Below are positions 11,893 through 24,189 of a stretch of DNA of 64,000 nt, in pieces. The stretch comes from Eledone cirrhosa (taxonomy: Eukaryota). The position numbers were made by a program, and so were the translations under genes. Within the stretch, counting starts at the first letter, position 1; each line of letters begins with the position of its first letter. Under the pieces are notes generated by a model that was given only the letters and a program-made list of their open reading frames with translations, made no database searches and was not told where the DNA came from. The stretch lies in the NCBI GenBank assembly GCA_964016885.1, contig OZ024742.1, positions 262,074,001-262,138,000 on the forward strand, written 5' to 3'.

Positions 11893-14875
11893 ATAGTAAT
11901 AATAATAAATTTGAAGACTAAAATCCAAAGAGGGCTCGATAAGGATAAATATATATCAAATATATAAGAACAGTAGAGCAAATATTTATTAAAATAACAG
12001 ATTAAAGTTTAAGCAAAGAATCGCTGCTTTCACACTTAACGGGATCTTCTGAAAAAAAAAATCAATCTGTGAATGCAGAAGTAAATATTTCGAAAAACGT
12101 TGCAACCGAAGGAAGACAGGAAGACGATACTTTGGTTCGTGGAAACGTTCCCTGGCAAAGAACGGAAAAAAAACGAAGATGATACGTCATTATTTGGAGC
12201 AGTGAAAACAATTACACGCAAAGACAAAACCACGTTTATGGTATAAATGAAGTCATAGACTAATATTCTATTAGGTGGTCCGTGGAGACATTCTCTGGCA
12301 ATGAACAGAAAAAACGAAGATAATACGTCATTAGGTGGAGCGATGAGAACAATTACACGCAAAGATAAAACCACGTTTATGGTTTAACTGAAGTCGTAGA
12401 CTAAAATTCTATTTAGGTAACCGAAAGATTCTCGGCTTCAGAGTTAAGAATAAGGTAAATAAATTACAGAGATAATTGAAATCAACAAAAATTAAATATA
12501 TACATGCACACTACCATATACATGCATACACATGCATATGCGAAATCACCCGCCATGGGTATGCAAATACAAGCATGTACACAAAAAAACATGCACGCAC
12601 ATACAGAACTCACGCAGTGCCTGTACCCGCACACATACGAACGTATAACCCAAATACACATAAAAATATATATAAAAAAATATATATATATATGTGTGTA
12701 TGTGTGCACGTATACATATAATTATATAAACGTATATAAATATAAACACATAAATACGTATATAACGCACACACGTGCATACCTACATGTAAATACACAT
12801 ATGTTCGCTAAACGTACGGCGCAGAGGTCACATGGTCTTTTATTTCCGTTATACGATCTAGCCTTAGCTAGGATCTCCCAGTGTAACTTATATTGGGTGT
12901 GTGGTTGTCTTTTAGACTCCAGATATAAGCTGAAAGTGACGTCATATTCCTTCTTAAAGGGTTAAGAAAAGAATGGGTATGCATGTAAAGACGCTGCTTG
13001 AATCTATTGGCGGTTAACCCTATGTAGGCCCTACGGGACGTGGGTGTTTCAACCTTACATTTGTAGACAATGTTACTAGAGAGGCATTTCCCGGATAGGG
13101 GGGGCAGTCAACCCGATTCCTACAATTACAGTTAGTACTAGCTACAGGGTTGCATATGTTCCTACGGCTAGGTAGTTTAGCTAAATTAGAAGCTGTGATG
13201 TCATGTGCAAGGTTAGAAGTCGTAGAGTAAGACATTTTAATGGTATTTCTATTAAAAATGTGCTGTGGGGAAATGCTTCATAATAAGGGAGAGAAAGATC
13301 TTAGCTAATGGTGTGGCCACCTCCATATTATATGGTGCGTTATACCATATAATGCGTCGGCGATCTATTTTTCCTAGGTCTATTCTCATACTCTGTACAT
13401 GCTACCTTATCTACAAATCCACTCCGAGCAAGAGCTTCATTGTAATATGTGAAATGGTCGTTGAAAATATGCTCGTTTGTAGAAAGACGGGAAAGCCTCA
13501 AAGAAACGTTTCTTACCAGATTCTTGGTTATGCTGGCAGGATGGTTAGAATGCTTACTTATGTAATTAAGCGTATCATTCGGCTTTCTATATGGGTAGTA
13601 CAAGCCATTCGACAAATTGAGGTTAACGTCGAGGTAATTAACGACCGAGAGGTTGGCCTCAACCTGTATGGAGAGGTTGAAGCCTTTAAAGAAGGCTGTG
13701 AGTTCTTTTCTGAACCTGTCGCAAGAACGTGGGCCGCACTTTGTCTTGGTCAAAAGACCGTCGTCACGGTACTAACCGTCGCCCACGTTGGGGAATTCTT
13801 CCTTGATAGAGAAAAGAAGGAAATGGCCGATAAGATCAGTAACCTCCGCAGAATCGCTGGCGCCCATATTCACGTCGAATGGGGTACTATTAGATTTTTT
13901 AATCCAAATAGAGTCGTCGAAATTAATCACCGACTTACGGGCATTGAGGATGACATCAACTTCGAAATCCTTAACCACTGTGAGTGTTTTAATGAAATTG
14001 ATAGCTCTAAGAATAAGTGGTAAAGTAATGGAGGAGTAGTAATTATTGATGTCGAATTGGATAAAACGGCAATGTTCCTTGTTACATATGCCATTGAACC
14101 AATCAATCACCGCGAAAGAATTGTTCCACAGTGCAAGAGAGGCCAAACTTCTAATTTCAGGTCTAGTTCTATCTAAAATCGTTTTACTAAGTCTACCTAA
14201 ATCGGATTTCGTAGGGTTAATAAGCCGAATAGAGGGGTTGTTCGGGAAATTGGATTTGTGATCCTTCAGGGTAAAGTGGGGAGAAATAGGGTCCAGAGGT
14301 TCGGGCCGGTCCAGGATGTTGAGATCAGAGGTGATTTTAAACCCAGCATCATTGATGTCATTAATGACGCTCTGATTATTTTTACAGTAATCCTTAGTTA
14401 CAGCATTATGTAGCAGTTGATGGTAGGTACTGCGCTCCACTTGATATAGATTGCCAGTTTTGTCGGAGTGGACGTGCATGGCATTAGAATCCTTAATAGA
14501 ACAAATTCTATTCTTCAGATCCTGCTGGAAGGAATTGCTCCTATTCCGAAATTTGATACTCCGAATGAGTTCCAAGACATCATTTTTGAAGGGTAGCAAT
14601 GCTGGGTTTCACGGGGGGTTATTGTAGGTCTTAAACCCAAATTTATCCTGTTTGTTGTCTGCTTTTCGCGGATTATCGAAATAAAAGGCACGCCAACGCA
14701 ACCTTTTAATGAACGCGTCTGTTTTCTGTATCAGGAGTTTAAGGTATGTTTTCCTGCTTGGTACGGGTATGTTCTTTGTAGAAATATTCAGATATTGTTT
14801 CTGCATGATGAATATAAGTCAATAGAGTGCTCAACCGAGGGAGCCAAATAGTAATAATAATAAATTTGAAGACTA
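11893..14875 (-). mobile_element. Penelope-like element (Naiad-type), near full length, frameshifted
   Basis: Consecutive minus ORFs: STKNIP..RLRWRA (N-terminus); FIQFDINNYYSSI and FDVNMGASDSAEVTDLIG (RT); VNYLDVNL and SNHP (thumb); CNC..CP..C linker; IVY..YIG..FKQR (GIY-YIG). A 28-bp direct repeat sits at both ends (11893-11920, 14848-14875). Confidence 0.88.
12820..14806 (-). pseudogene. Naiad RT plus GIY-YIG endonuclease polyprotein with several frameshifts
   Basis: ORFs 14609-14806, 13772-14599, 13340-13753 and 13020-13235, plus manually read IVYKCKVETPTSRRAYIGLTANRFKQR and RPCDLC near 12820-13075. Confidence 0.85.
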
Positions 14876-16066
14876 TATATAAATATATATACATATTGGT
14901 ATTTATGTATATTTATATGGGTGTGTGGACACACCCATCAGATTGCAGTCAAATTGTGAATAAACTAGTCTGACCTATTTCAATAAATGTATATTTTATC
15001 TCATTACCCACCCTCTTGGCTGAAAAATTACTAATGAGATAATTGAAGCTGATATGGCTGTTATTTATATTATTTCATAATTATATTGAAAAAGTAGTGT
15101 TTGGATAGAAAAATATTTATTTTAGTCACAGACAATGCTAAATACTCCCATTACTCAATTATATGAGATCGAGGACATGCTGAGTTTGTATAACCCTAAA
15201 ATCTTCTCTATGACTTTGTCATATCAGCAAGATTTATTGTAAAGTTGCACATTATGAATGATTTGATAGCTGGCATATAAACTTGACAAGTATAATTGTG
15301 TGGTATGCTCTGTTAACCAGACACTCCTTAACATTTTTTCTTTTACCCAAGTCAATGATACATTATACAACTTAAATACTCACATGTCCCTCTATTTTGA
15401 AACACATTATGTTAGTACTATCACAAATTAATAGTAGCCTTTCAAGCTTACACTCTACCTAAATAAGCTATAAACAAAAAAATAATAGTTTGTTTCTAAA
15501 ATCTATAAGATATATTCTTCTGTTTCAGCAACCTATACTAAGTAAGAAATACATGTATACATTGCTTATATGCCGGTACTGAAGTAGCTGTGATATAATG
15601 ACAGCTTAAAATACTCAATTATTCCATTTCATGTAGATGGCAAATTGACAGAATAGTTAGAATGTTGGATAGATTCCTTTCTGGAATATGGCAGTGAGTT
15701 ACTATATTCCAGTCTCTCAACCTGTGGTGATGGCTTCTGTTCTGATTCCATTGGCTCCTGCAGCCTTCCCTGTGCTTTAGGCTGGACTTTACTGGTTTTT
15801 TGGCTTCTTCCGCTAAGATGTCAGATTCTCTTTACTCCACATAAAATCACATTAACAAGATATTCTTAAAAAGTACAAATCTACTATGACTGAATCACAT
15901 TAAAAATTTAAGCTCTTATCTACTGCAAATAAAGATTTTATATGCTGCAAATCTTTACAAAAATCTATCCACTAGTAAATATATTACAAGCATTTGAATT
16001 AGTAGGCATGTTTTTGGATATTTTCTGCTGAATCATCACTGGATGTTATGAGTTAACTGGATATGG

Positions 16067-16345
16067 GTATTGTTCAGTGCCCAGGGGTGACCGACCTGTG
16101 GAATTATGTCGAACAGCTACTGTCACGTATGGGGTGCATCCAGTTGTCCTGGTGTTGAGGGTTGTTCTATCTACGGGGTGTAAAACAACCATGCAGTAAC
16201 GTTCCCCTCTATTGGGGATTTTGATTGTTATTTTATTCTATATATAGTTTATTGTTATTTATTAATGTTAAAGTTATATGATTTTTATGTAAAACACCTC
16301 ACCGCCACGTCTTGTAATGTCCCATTTTGTGTATGCCCTTGTATT
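16067..16345 (+). mobile_element. Old fragment of the Tx1-like LINE 3' end
   Basis: GTATTGTTCAGTGCCCAGGGGTGACCGACCTGTGG matches GTATTGGTGCACTGTCCGGGCGTGGCTGATCTGTGG at 44372 onward. Confidence 0.55.
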
Positions 16346-16374
16346 CAGTACTCTGCGCATGGTCTACATTGAGT

Positions 16375-16650
16375 CTATGTACCTACAGTAATGTGTGCAC
16401 TGTTTCGGTATATCTGATTTTTTTGGTGTAACTCACCCTAGCTAAAGCATTATTGTAGTATTCAACATTTTGTGTAAATATGTCTTCATTTAAGTAAATA
16501 TGTTCTAGGTATTCTGAATAAGACTTAGTTAACTATAGATTTAATTACTGCCCTAGCATGATTGGAGTTAATGCCGATGGAGTTAAGGTTTTCATTGGGT
16601 TTATGATCCAGTTTGGAGTTCCAGTGTAACATGTTTGTGATTTTAATACC
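16375..16650 (-). mobile_element. Naiad thumb-region fragment (second copy at 24836-25077)
   Basis: Minus strand encodes NHARAVIKSIVN..NEDIFTQN.EYYNNAL, similar to the Naiad ORFs at 13340-13753 and about 54500-54660. Confidence 0.7.
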
Positions 16651-17049
16651 ATTGTTTATAGATATTGATAGTTTTATAGTTTCTAAGGATTGTTGCTTCT
16701 TTTGTGATAATGCTCCATTTCCACTTCACTGCACCTACAAAATGTGAATAAAGCATCACATTTATTTCTCTCCTCCCGATATTAGGAAATTCTCTATTAT
16801 AGGAACTATAGGATAAAGATTCCCACAAGATTAGTGGTCTGTGCAGAGTCTCTGGTATGAAAGTTGTTCTATCAATACTTTCTCATCCAGTACTTACTAA
16901 ATTCTATAATTATTTTTCTGGCATTAAGTACATGTTAACCTCCTTTGTTTACATTTTAGACTCTGTGAGTACCTGTTCAAATTCAATGGATTACAGTTGG
17001 CCCAGATTTGCAATACTAATGGAATATATTTAAATAGGGTCAGTATTAT

Positions 17050-17385
17050 GGAGGCACATGGCTTAGTGGTTAGAGCATTGGCCTTGCAATCGAAAGGTTG
17101 TGAGTTCAATTCTCAGACTGGGTGATGTGTTGTTTCCTTGAGCAAGACACTTTATTTCACATTGCTCCAGTTTACTCAGCTGTAGAAATGAGATGATAGG
17201 GACTGGGGTCCATATCATTCCACTGCAAAGTGTTCGTGGAGGTGCCATGGCAAAAAACCACCCAGCACTCACTGTAAATAAGGTTGGTGTTAGGAAGGGC
17301 ATCCAGCTGTAGAAATCAAGCCAGAATCAGTTCCCGTCCCACCCTTGCAAGCAGGGAAAAGCGGACGTAAAATGATGATGATGAT
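17050..17385 (+). mobile_element. Full-length tRNA-derived SINE with RTE-derived 3' tail
   Basis: A box TGGCTTAGTGGTTAG, B-box-like GAGTTCAATTC, CORE-like CCTTGAGCAAGACACTT; tail CACCCAGCACTCACTGTAAAT..GGAAGGGCATCCAGCTGTAGAAATCAAGCCAG..CGGACGTAAAA(TGA)n shared with the young RTE. Confidence 0.88.
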
Positions 17386-17594
17386 TTCCATTCCACATTG
17401 CAAATATGGTGACTGCATTAAGTACCGGTTATGGTATGTGCCTGGATTATTTATAATCTTCAAAACTTATATATATATCATGGCCATGCCAAAATGGAAA
17501 ATATGAAGTAGATGTAGTCACAGAGCTTGACAGCCTGTCTGGCTCATGCAGTCATGGAAAATAAACGTTTAATGATTATGATGATGATGATGTG

Positions 17595-18045
17595 CTCCCC
17601 CTCACCCTCTTGCCACATCCCTGATACACCTTACCCATCCCACTTATGCACAGACTTACTTCACATTACACTGCCACTTACTGCACAACTCACTCTCTTC
17701 TAGGCCACCTCTATGACAAGATGCTTGCTATCCCATTGTAGGATGACCCTTCTTCCTGAAGCTCTCTTATCTTATTCTCACCACTGCCTCCCAGCCAGCC
17801 CAAGGACACAAGAAAAAAACCATTCAGTCTGTCCTGTAAAATGGTCATACTTGTGCCACGACAAAAAGCATTCAGGTCACTCTGAAAGGTGCTGGTGCCA
17901 TAATAAAAGCACCCAATCCACCCTGGAAGGTGATAGTACTGGTTCCATGATAAAAGCACCCAATCCATCCTGGAACGTGATAGTACTGGTGTCACGAATA
18001 TAGCTCCCAATACTCAGTGGGAAGTGATTGACGTTAGGAAGGGCA
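17595..18045 (+). mobile_element. Decayed RTE 3' UTR with ~42-bp repeats
   Basis: Repeated AAAAGCACCCAATCCA..CTGGAA..TGATAGTACTGG units ending in GTTAGGAAGGGCA. Confidence 0.5.
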
Positions 18046-18246
18046 GACAGTCAAGTCCAAAATAGACTATATGAGAAATACATTTTCTCCTGATCTGTCA
18101 GGCATCATGAGATGATAGCCTGTCTCTCCCGTGCCGGTATGGGAATTCGTGATGATGATAAAGATTCATAATTTCCTTCATTTGTATGTGTGAACATAAT
18201 ATCATGTACGTATTTATGTGATAATATATATATATATATATATATA

Positions 18247-18354
18247 TAGGAACGAGTAGGACCCCGAAGGCTGAACTCAAGCCGTTTCGACGGCTAATTC
18301 AGTCCAGAATTAGCAACGGCTTGAGCTCAGCCGTCGGGGTCCTACTCGTTCCTA
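18247..18354. repeat. GC-rich fold-back (~40-bp arms) carrying the 3' half of a hammerhead-like motif
   Basis: TAGGAACGAGTAGGACCCCGAAGGCTGAACTCAAGCCGTT ... AACGGCTTGAGCTCAGCCGTCGGGGTCCTACTCGTTCCTA. Confidence 0.8.
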
Positions 18355-19926
18355 TTACCCACTCTACTACCCTAAGTATTGAGTACTTTGGTGCGTTATG
18401 GTCCATCTGGTTCCTTACCATATTTCCTTCGTTATATATACATGCCCAAAGGTTTAAGCTTGACTGTCGAGTACACATATTTTATAATAATATCTGCAAT
18501 CTACTTTCCTTATGTATCGAGTACTAAATTGATTAATGGTGTTACTAGTCCTACACGCGCGTGCGCATATACACACATATATATTTTTAAAAAAGCAAAC
18601 ACATATACAAAACAATTAATGTTATGCTCACGCTTAAATGAAAGATAGAGAAAAGAGAGTTCAACGTACCGGGCTTTATATATATATATATACATACCAG
18701 CACCCCCATATACATATATATATATATATACACACACACACATACATATGTATATATATATATACATACACGCCTACACTAATGAATGTAATACTATTTC
18801 TGTGTGGATGGGCACCTGTATACATGTATGTGTTCGTGTGTACAAGCACTATTTCCAATTAGACTCTGTATCCATACGCGGAATCTATCAGTCGTATGTA
18901 TATATGATTAGTCAGTGTGAAAGTAAACCGCTTTTGACAATGTAAGGTAAAGCTGTCTGCTTTGCCAACCGATACTTTCAGACAATGGCAAAATATTAAC
19001 TAAATCTTTCTCTCTCACTCAATATATATATATGTATACATATATATGGCACGTATTGTTCGACCATGGATTTTGCTCGTTCCGTACTAACTGGACGGAA
19101 TAATGAAGGATACAGCCGAAAAGCAACGGTCGGTATGTAGATAACTAATTTAACATCCCAAAAAAGTGTATGCACCAATAACGTAAAAATGGGGGATCAC
19201 TTTCATTATGCAATTAGGTCACATTTTGACCCCCCATTTTGTGGCCACTTGTTTATAAGGTACCCTGACCAATCCGCTTAATTTGAGTTGACTTTTAATC
19301 TCGTCTTTTCCTTTTCATATTGCTTCGTCTGTGTTTGTTGCCATTTAATACTGCCTGTCGGTTTCTTTGTTAGACATATCTATGATTGTTTTATTTTCTA
19401 ATAATGATTTCTAATTTAGGCACAAGGCCAGTAATTTGGGGGATCAGAAAGTCAATTACATCGACCACGGGGAGATGAAAGGCAAAGAAGCATTATTATT
19501 GTTCGTGCTTTATTCCACTGTGTGCCGGGCCCTATGTTAGGGTTACAGAATTTTGACTGCCGAATTTCATAGAGGATCTGTCACCGCTTCTTTTCATTAA
19601 CAATATGTCGTTCCTGGAAGTGTCCTATCACACGCGCACACACATACGTGTACCTTTACTGTGTGTATACAATATGAATGGAATGTGGGTGTTAAATGTG
19701 TATATATGTATGCAAATAGTTGCACTGCGTGCTTATTTTTATGCATCTGTGTGTGAATTTAGTGTAAGATCTCTGTTGAATATGAACTTATGTGTGTATG
19801 ATATGCCCTCACAAACATCCATACATCCTTTACTCCTCTCTTTATATATATATGTATAGGCAACAGCTTTTCTTTTATGTGTTATACATATGCATATAAT
19901 ACAAGAGGCAGTAAAAATAAACCAAC

Positions 19927-20041
19927 AAGACTCCTGATGATGAATGAGACAGTGACAACATTATAGACTTAAGAAGTTTGTTGTTCTAAATGAACTGTAG
20001 AGACCTTGTTAGAAATTGAAACTAGAAAGTAGTCGTGTCTT
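19927..20041 (+). ncRNA. Type I hammerhead-like motif, degenerate
   Basis: AAGACTC-CTGATGA-(77 nt)-GAAAC-TAGAAAGTA-GTC-GTGTCTT. Stem I pairs 6 of 7, stem III is ACTA/TAGT, site is GUC, and the base of stem II pairs poorly. Confidence 0.5.
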
Positions 20042-20055
20042 CTACACACATATAT

Positions 20056-20286
20056 AATTACTGCGCGAAGAAAGTCACTTTAACCACTTAAAACACAATA
20101 ATTGTTTATTTTGTGTTCATTTATCTATTTCCTGGTGTCAAAATTTTCGTCGCACTGCCTGTGACCTGACATAGGTTACAGAGTAGTGAGACGAAGAATT
20201 TTGACACCAGGAGATAAATATAAATTAAAGTCAACAGGTTTGTATGCATTTTTAAATGGCGAAATCAACTGTTATACACAGTAATT
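20056..20286. mobile_element. Palindromic MITE-like element
   Basis: Ends AATTACTG..CAGTAATT; central near-perfect hairpin CCTGGTGTCAAAATT..AATTTTGACACCAGG (20131-20211). Confidence 0.65.
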
Positions 20287-20955
20287 GTTTTAGTTTCAAC
20301 ATACGGTCTGAGATCATGTCACTTTTCTGACAAGTACAACTTCTATATTTTTATTTACTTATATTTTCTACAGAAATACTTAACATATATATATATATAT
20401 ATAAACCTGTTGTGCAAGGAACAAAGACAGCGGAACCGCCACCTTAGCAGGTGTCGGACTAAATTTGTCATTAAAAAAATAATACTGTTGATATTTCAAA
20501 GTGTGTATGTATACAGTTGAATGAATGTACATATTTCCAAGCATATGCCACGCAATCATAGATAGATATATACATTATGTATATATACATAAGTTAATAT
20601 AACACAGAAGCCACGGAACTGTTTTTACATACGATCATACATCCCACTCAATAATCAGAAGCTTACACACACACATATATCTGTGTATGTATGTGCGTGT
20701 CACGTTGAAAACAGCGGTTGTTGTCCGATCAGCGAAGTTCATAGAAAGGCGACATAGACCGAGTGTTTAAGAAGTTTGCTTCGCAGTGAGGAGATTCTCT
20801 GTTCAATCGTAGTGCATGTCATTTGTGTAGAAGCCCACCGGATAAACTGTACATGTGATTTGAATGGTCAACCTTATTAAATACACTGCCCCCGCTGAAT
20901 GTGCTGAAAAGTACATTCAATGAATAGTTGATTCACTTGATTAAACAACTAACGA

Positions 20956-21473
<518 letters not shown>

Positions 21474-23275
21474 ATCATCATCATCATCATCACCGTTTTA
21501 CGTCCGTTCTTCCACGCTAGCATGGGTTAGACGGGTTGTCCTGTTGTGGGCAGTGTCTGGTCGGCTGACCATGCCTTGCTCATACAGGAACTGATCTGGC
21601 TTGCTTTCTACAGCTGGATGCCTTTCCTAACACCAACCTCATTTACAGTGAGTGCTGGGTGCTTTTTCGTGGCGCCTACACGTCCACTTTACAGTGTGGG
21701 CTGGGTGCTTTTTTGCCGTGGCACCTCCACGACCACCTTGCGGTGGGTGGGGGGGGGGGGCATATTGTTTATATGCTTCAGCATGTACCCATGGGAGGTC
21801 GGGTACCCTGTATTACTGCGTGACGCCAGAAGTCACGGTCGTGTGTCATTGACTTTGAGAGGTGTAGTTGGGTAAGGTCGGCTTTTATCACCTCATCCCA
21901 AGTCATCTTGGGTCTCCCCACTCCGCGGTTTCCATCAACTTCTAGTGCTCTGCACCTTTTTATGCAGCTGTCATCCTTCATACGCATCACATGTCCATAC
22001 CAGCGTAACCGCCTCTCCTGCACGCAGCATTTGATTCCTCTTATGCTCAGTCTCTCTCTCAATTCCTTTATGCTTTGTCGTTCACGTATATTACTGTTAC
22101 ACATCCATCGGAGCATGCAGGCTTCGTTTCTCTCTAATCTACGTAAGTCTTCCACCTTCAGCGCCCAGGTCTCACTACCATGCAACATCGCTGTTTGGAT
22201 ACACGCATCATACAATCTGCCTTTCATTCTGAGGGAGAAGCCTTTTGCAGCTAGCAGTGGTAGTACTTCCCTAAACTTCTTCCATCCCGTTCTTACCCTA
22301 GTTATTGTACTTTCTGAGCACCCACCTCCGTTGCTAATTCGGTCACCTAGGTAGCAGAAGCTGTCTACTGTTTCTACAGGGCCCTCCCAGAGATTGGTGG
22401 TACTTGTTTCCTGTGGCTGTTTGCTTGCTGTTTCAGCACAGCTGCTGCATGTGAATCCTACATTCTTAATTAAGCTTCCTGAGATCCCGCTACATCTCTT
22501 GTGTATCCATTGTTTGCATTTGGGGCAGAGAATGGAGTTCCTACCTACACCTTTCCTACATACTGAGCAAGGCCATTTCCCTGAGGGGATCTGGGTTCTG
22601 TTTTCTCGTCTACTTATAAGGACCTTAGTCTTTGTCATGTTGACTTTGAGGCCCTTTCTCTCTAGTCCCTGCTTCCAGGTTTGGAATTTATTCTCTAGTT
22701 CTACCATAGATTCAGCTATGAGTGCGAGGTCATCAGCATACAGGAGTTCCCATGGGCATCCGGTCTTAAACTCCTCCGTTATTGCCTGCAGGACTATGAT
22801 GAACAGGAGAGGGCTAAGAACAGAGCCCTGGTGGACCCCAACCTGTACGCTAAATTCCTCGCTATACTCATTGCCAATCCTAACTTTGCTGACTGCTCCC
22901 CTATACATGGCTTGTACCGCTTTCACAAGCCATTCATCTACTCCTAGTTTTCTAAGAGCCCACCAGATTACTGCACGTGGAACTCTGTCAAAGGCTTTCT
23001 CAAGGTCGACAAATGCCAAGTAGAGTGGCTTACTTTTAGCTAGGTACTTTTCCTGTAATTGCCTCACAAGGAAGAGGGCATCAGTGGTGCCTTTCCCTGG
23101 TACAAACCCAAATTGCATCTCGTCTATATTCACCCGGTCCCTAATCAGCTGTGCTATAACTCTTTCTGTTACTTTCATGACCTGGTCCATCAACTTTATA
23201 CCTCTATAGTTTCCTCTATCTAGTGCATCGCCTTTACCTTTGTAGCAGTTGACAATGATGCTACTGCACCAATCT
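21474..23275 (-). mobile_element. 5'-truncated young RTE LINE copy
   Basis: ORF 21778-23193 differs from the C-terminal 471 aa of ORF 59130-62249 at only a few residues; same 3' UTR and (GAT)n tail; TA-rich arrays on both sides. Confidence 0.95.
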
Positions 23276-23883
23276 ATATATATATATATATATAGATATA
23301 TATATATATATATATATAGATATAGATATATATATATATAGATATATAGATATATATATAGATATATATATATTTAGATATATATATATATATAGATATA
23401 TATATATATATATAGATATATATATATATAGATAGATATATATAGATATATATATATATAGATATATATATATATATAGATATATATATATATAGATATA
23501 TATATATATATAGATATATATATATATAGATATATATATATATATAGATATATATATATATAGATAGATATATATAGATAGATATATATATAGATATATA
23601 TATAGATATATATATATATAGATAGATATAGATATATATATATATAGATATATATATATATAGATATATATATATATAGATAGATATAGATATATATATA
23701 TATAGATATATATATATATAGATATATATATATAGATAGATATATATAGATAGATATATATAGATAGATAGATATATATAGATAGATAGATATATAGATA
23801 GATAGATATATATATAGATAGATATATATATAGATAGATATATATATAGATAGATATATATATAGATAGATATAGATAGATAT

Positions 23884-23922
<39 letters not shown>
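23276..23922. repeat. (TA)n array interspersed with TAGA
   Basis: Directly visible; source of the spurious YI-rich ORFs. Confidence 0.95.
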
Positions 23923-23924
<2 letters not shown>

Positions 23925-23925
<1 letters not shown>

Positions 23926-24130
23926 TTTTTCATTTCATTTTTACGTCCGCTTTTTTCCTGCTTGCAAGGGTGGGACGGGAACTGATTTTGGCTTGATTTC
24001 TACAGCTGGATGCCCTTCCTAACACCAACCTCATTTACAGTGAGTGCTGGGTGCTTTTTTGCCGTGGCACCTCCACGACCACTTTACAGTGGAATGATAG
24101 GGACCCCAGTCCCTATCATCTCATTTCTAC
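23925..24130 (-). mobile_element. 5'-truncated SINE (family of 17050-17385)
   Basis: Reverse complement nearly identical to 17180-17385. Confidence 0.85.
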
Positions 24131-24189
24131 ATATATATAGATAGATAGATAGACACACACACACATATTATTCCAAAGGTTGTAAGGTT

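Noticed and set aside
17050-17125. tRNA gene
   Set aside because: A and B boxes are present but no full cloverleaf, and the sequence continues into a SINE body.
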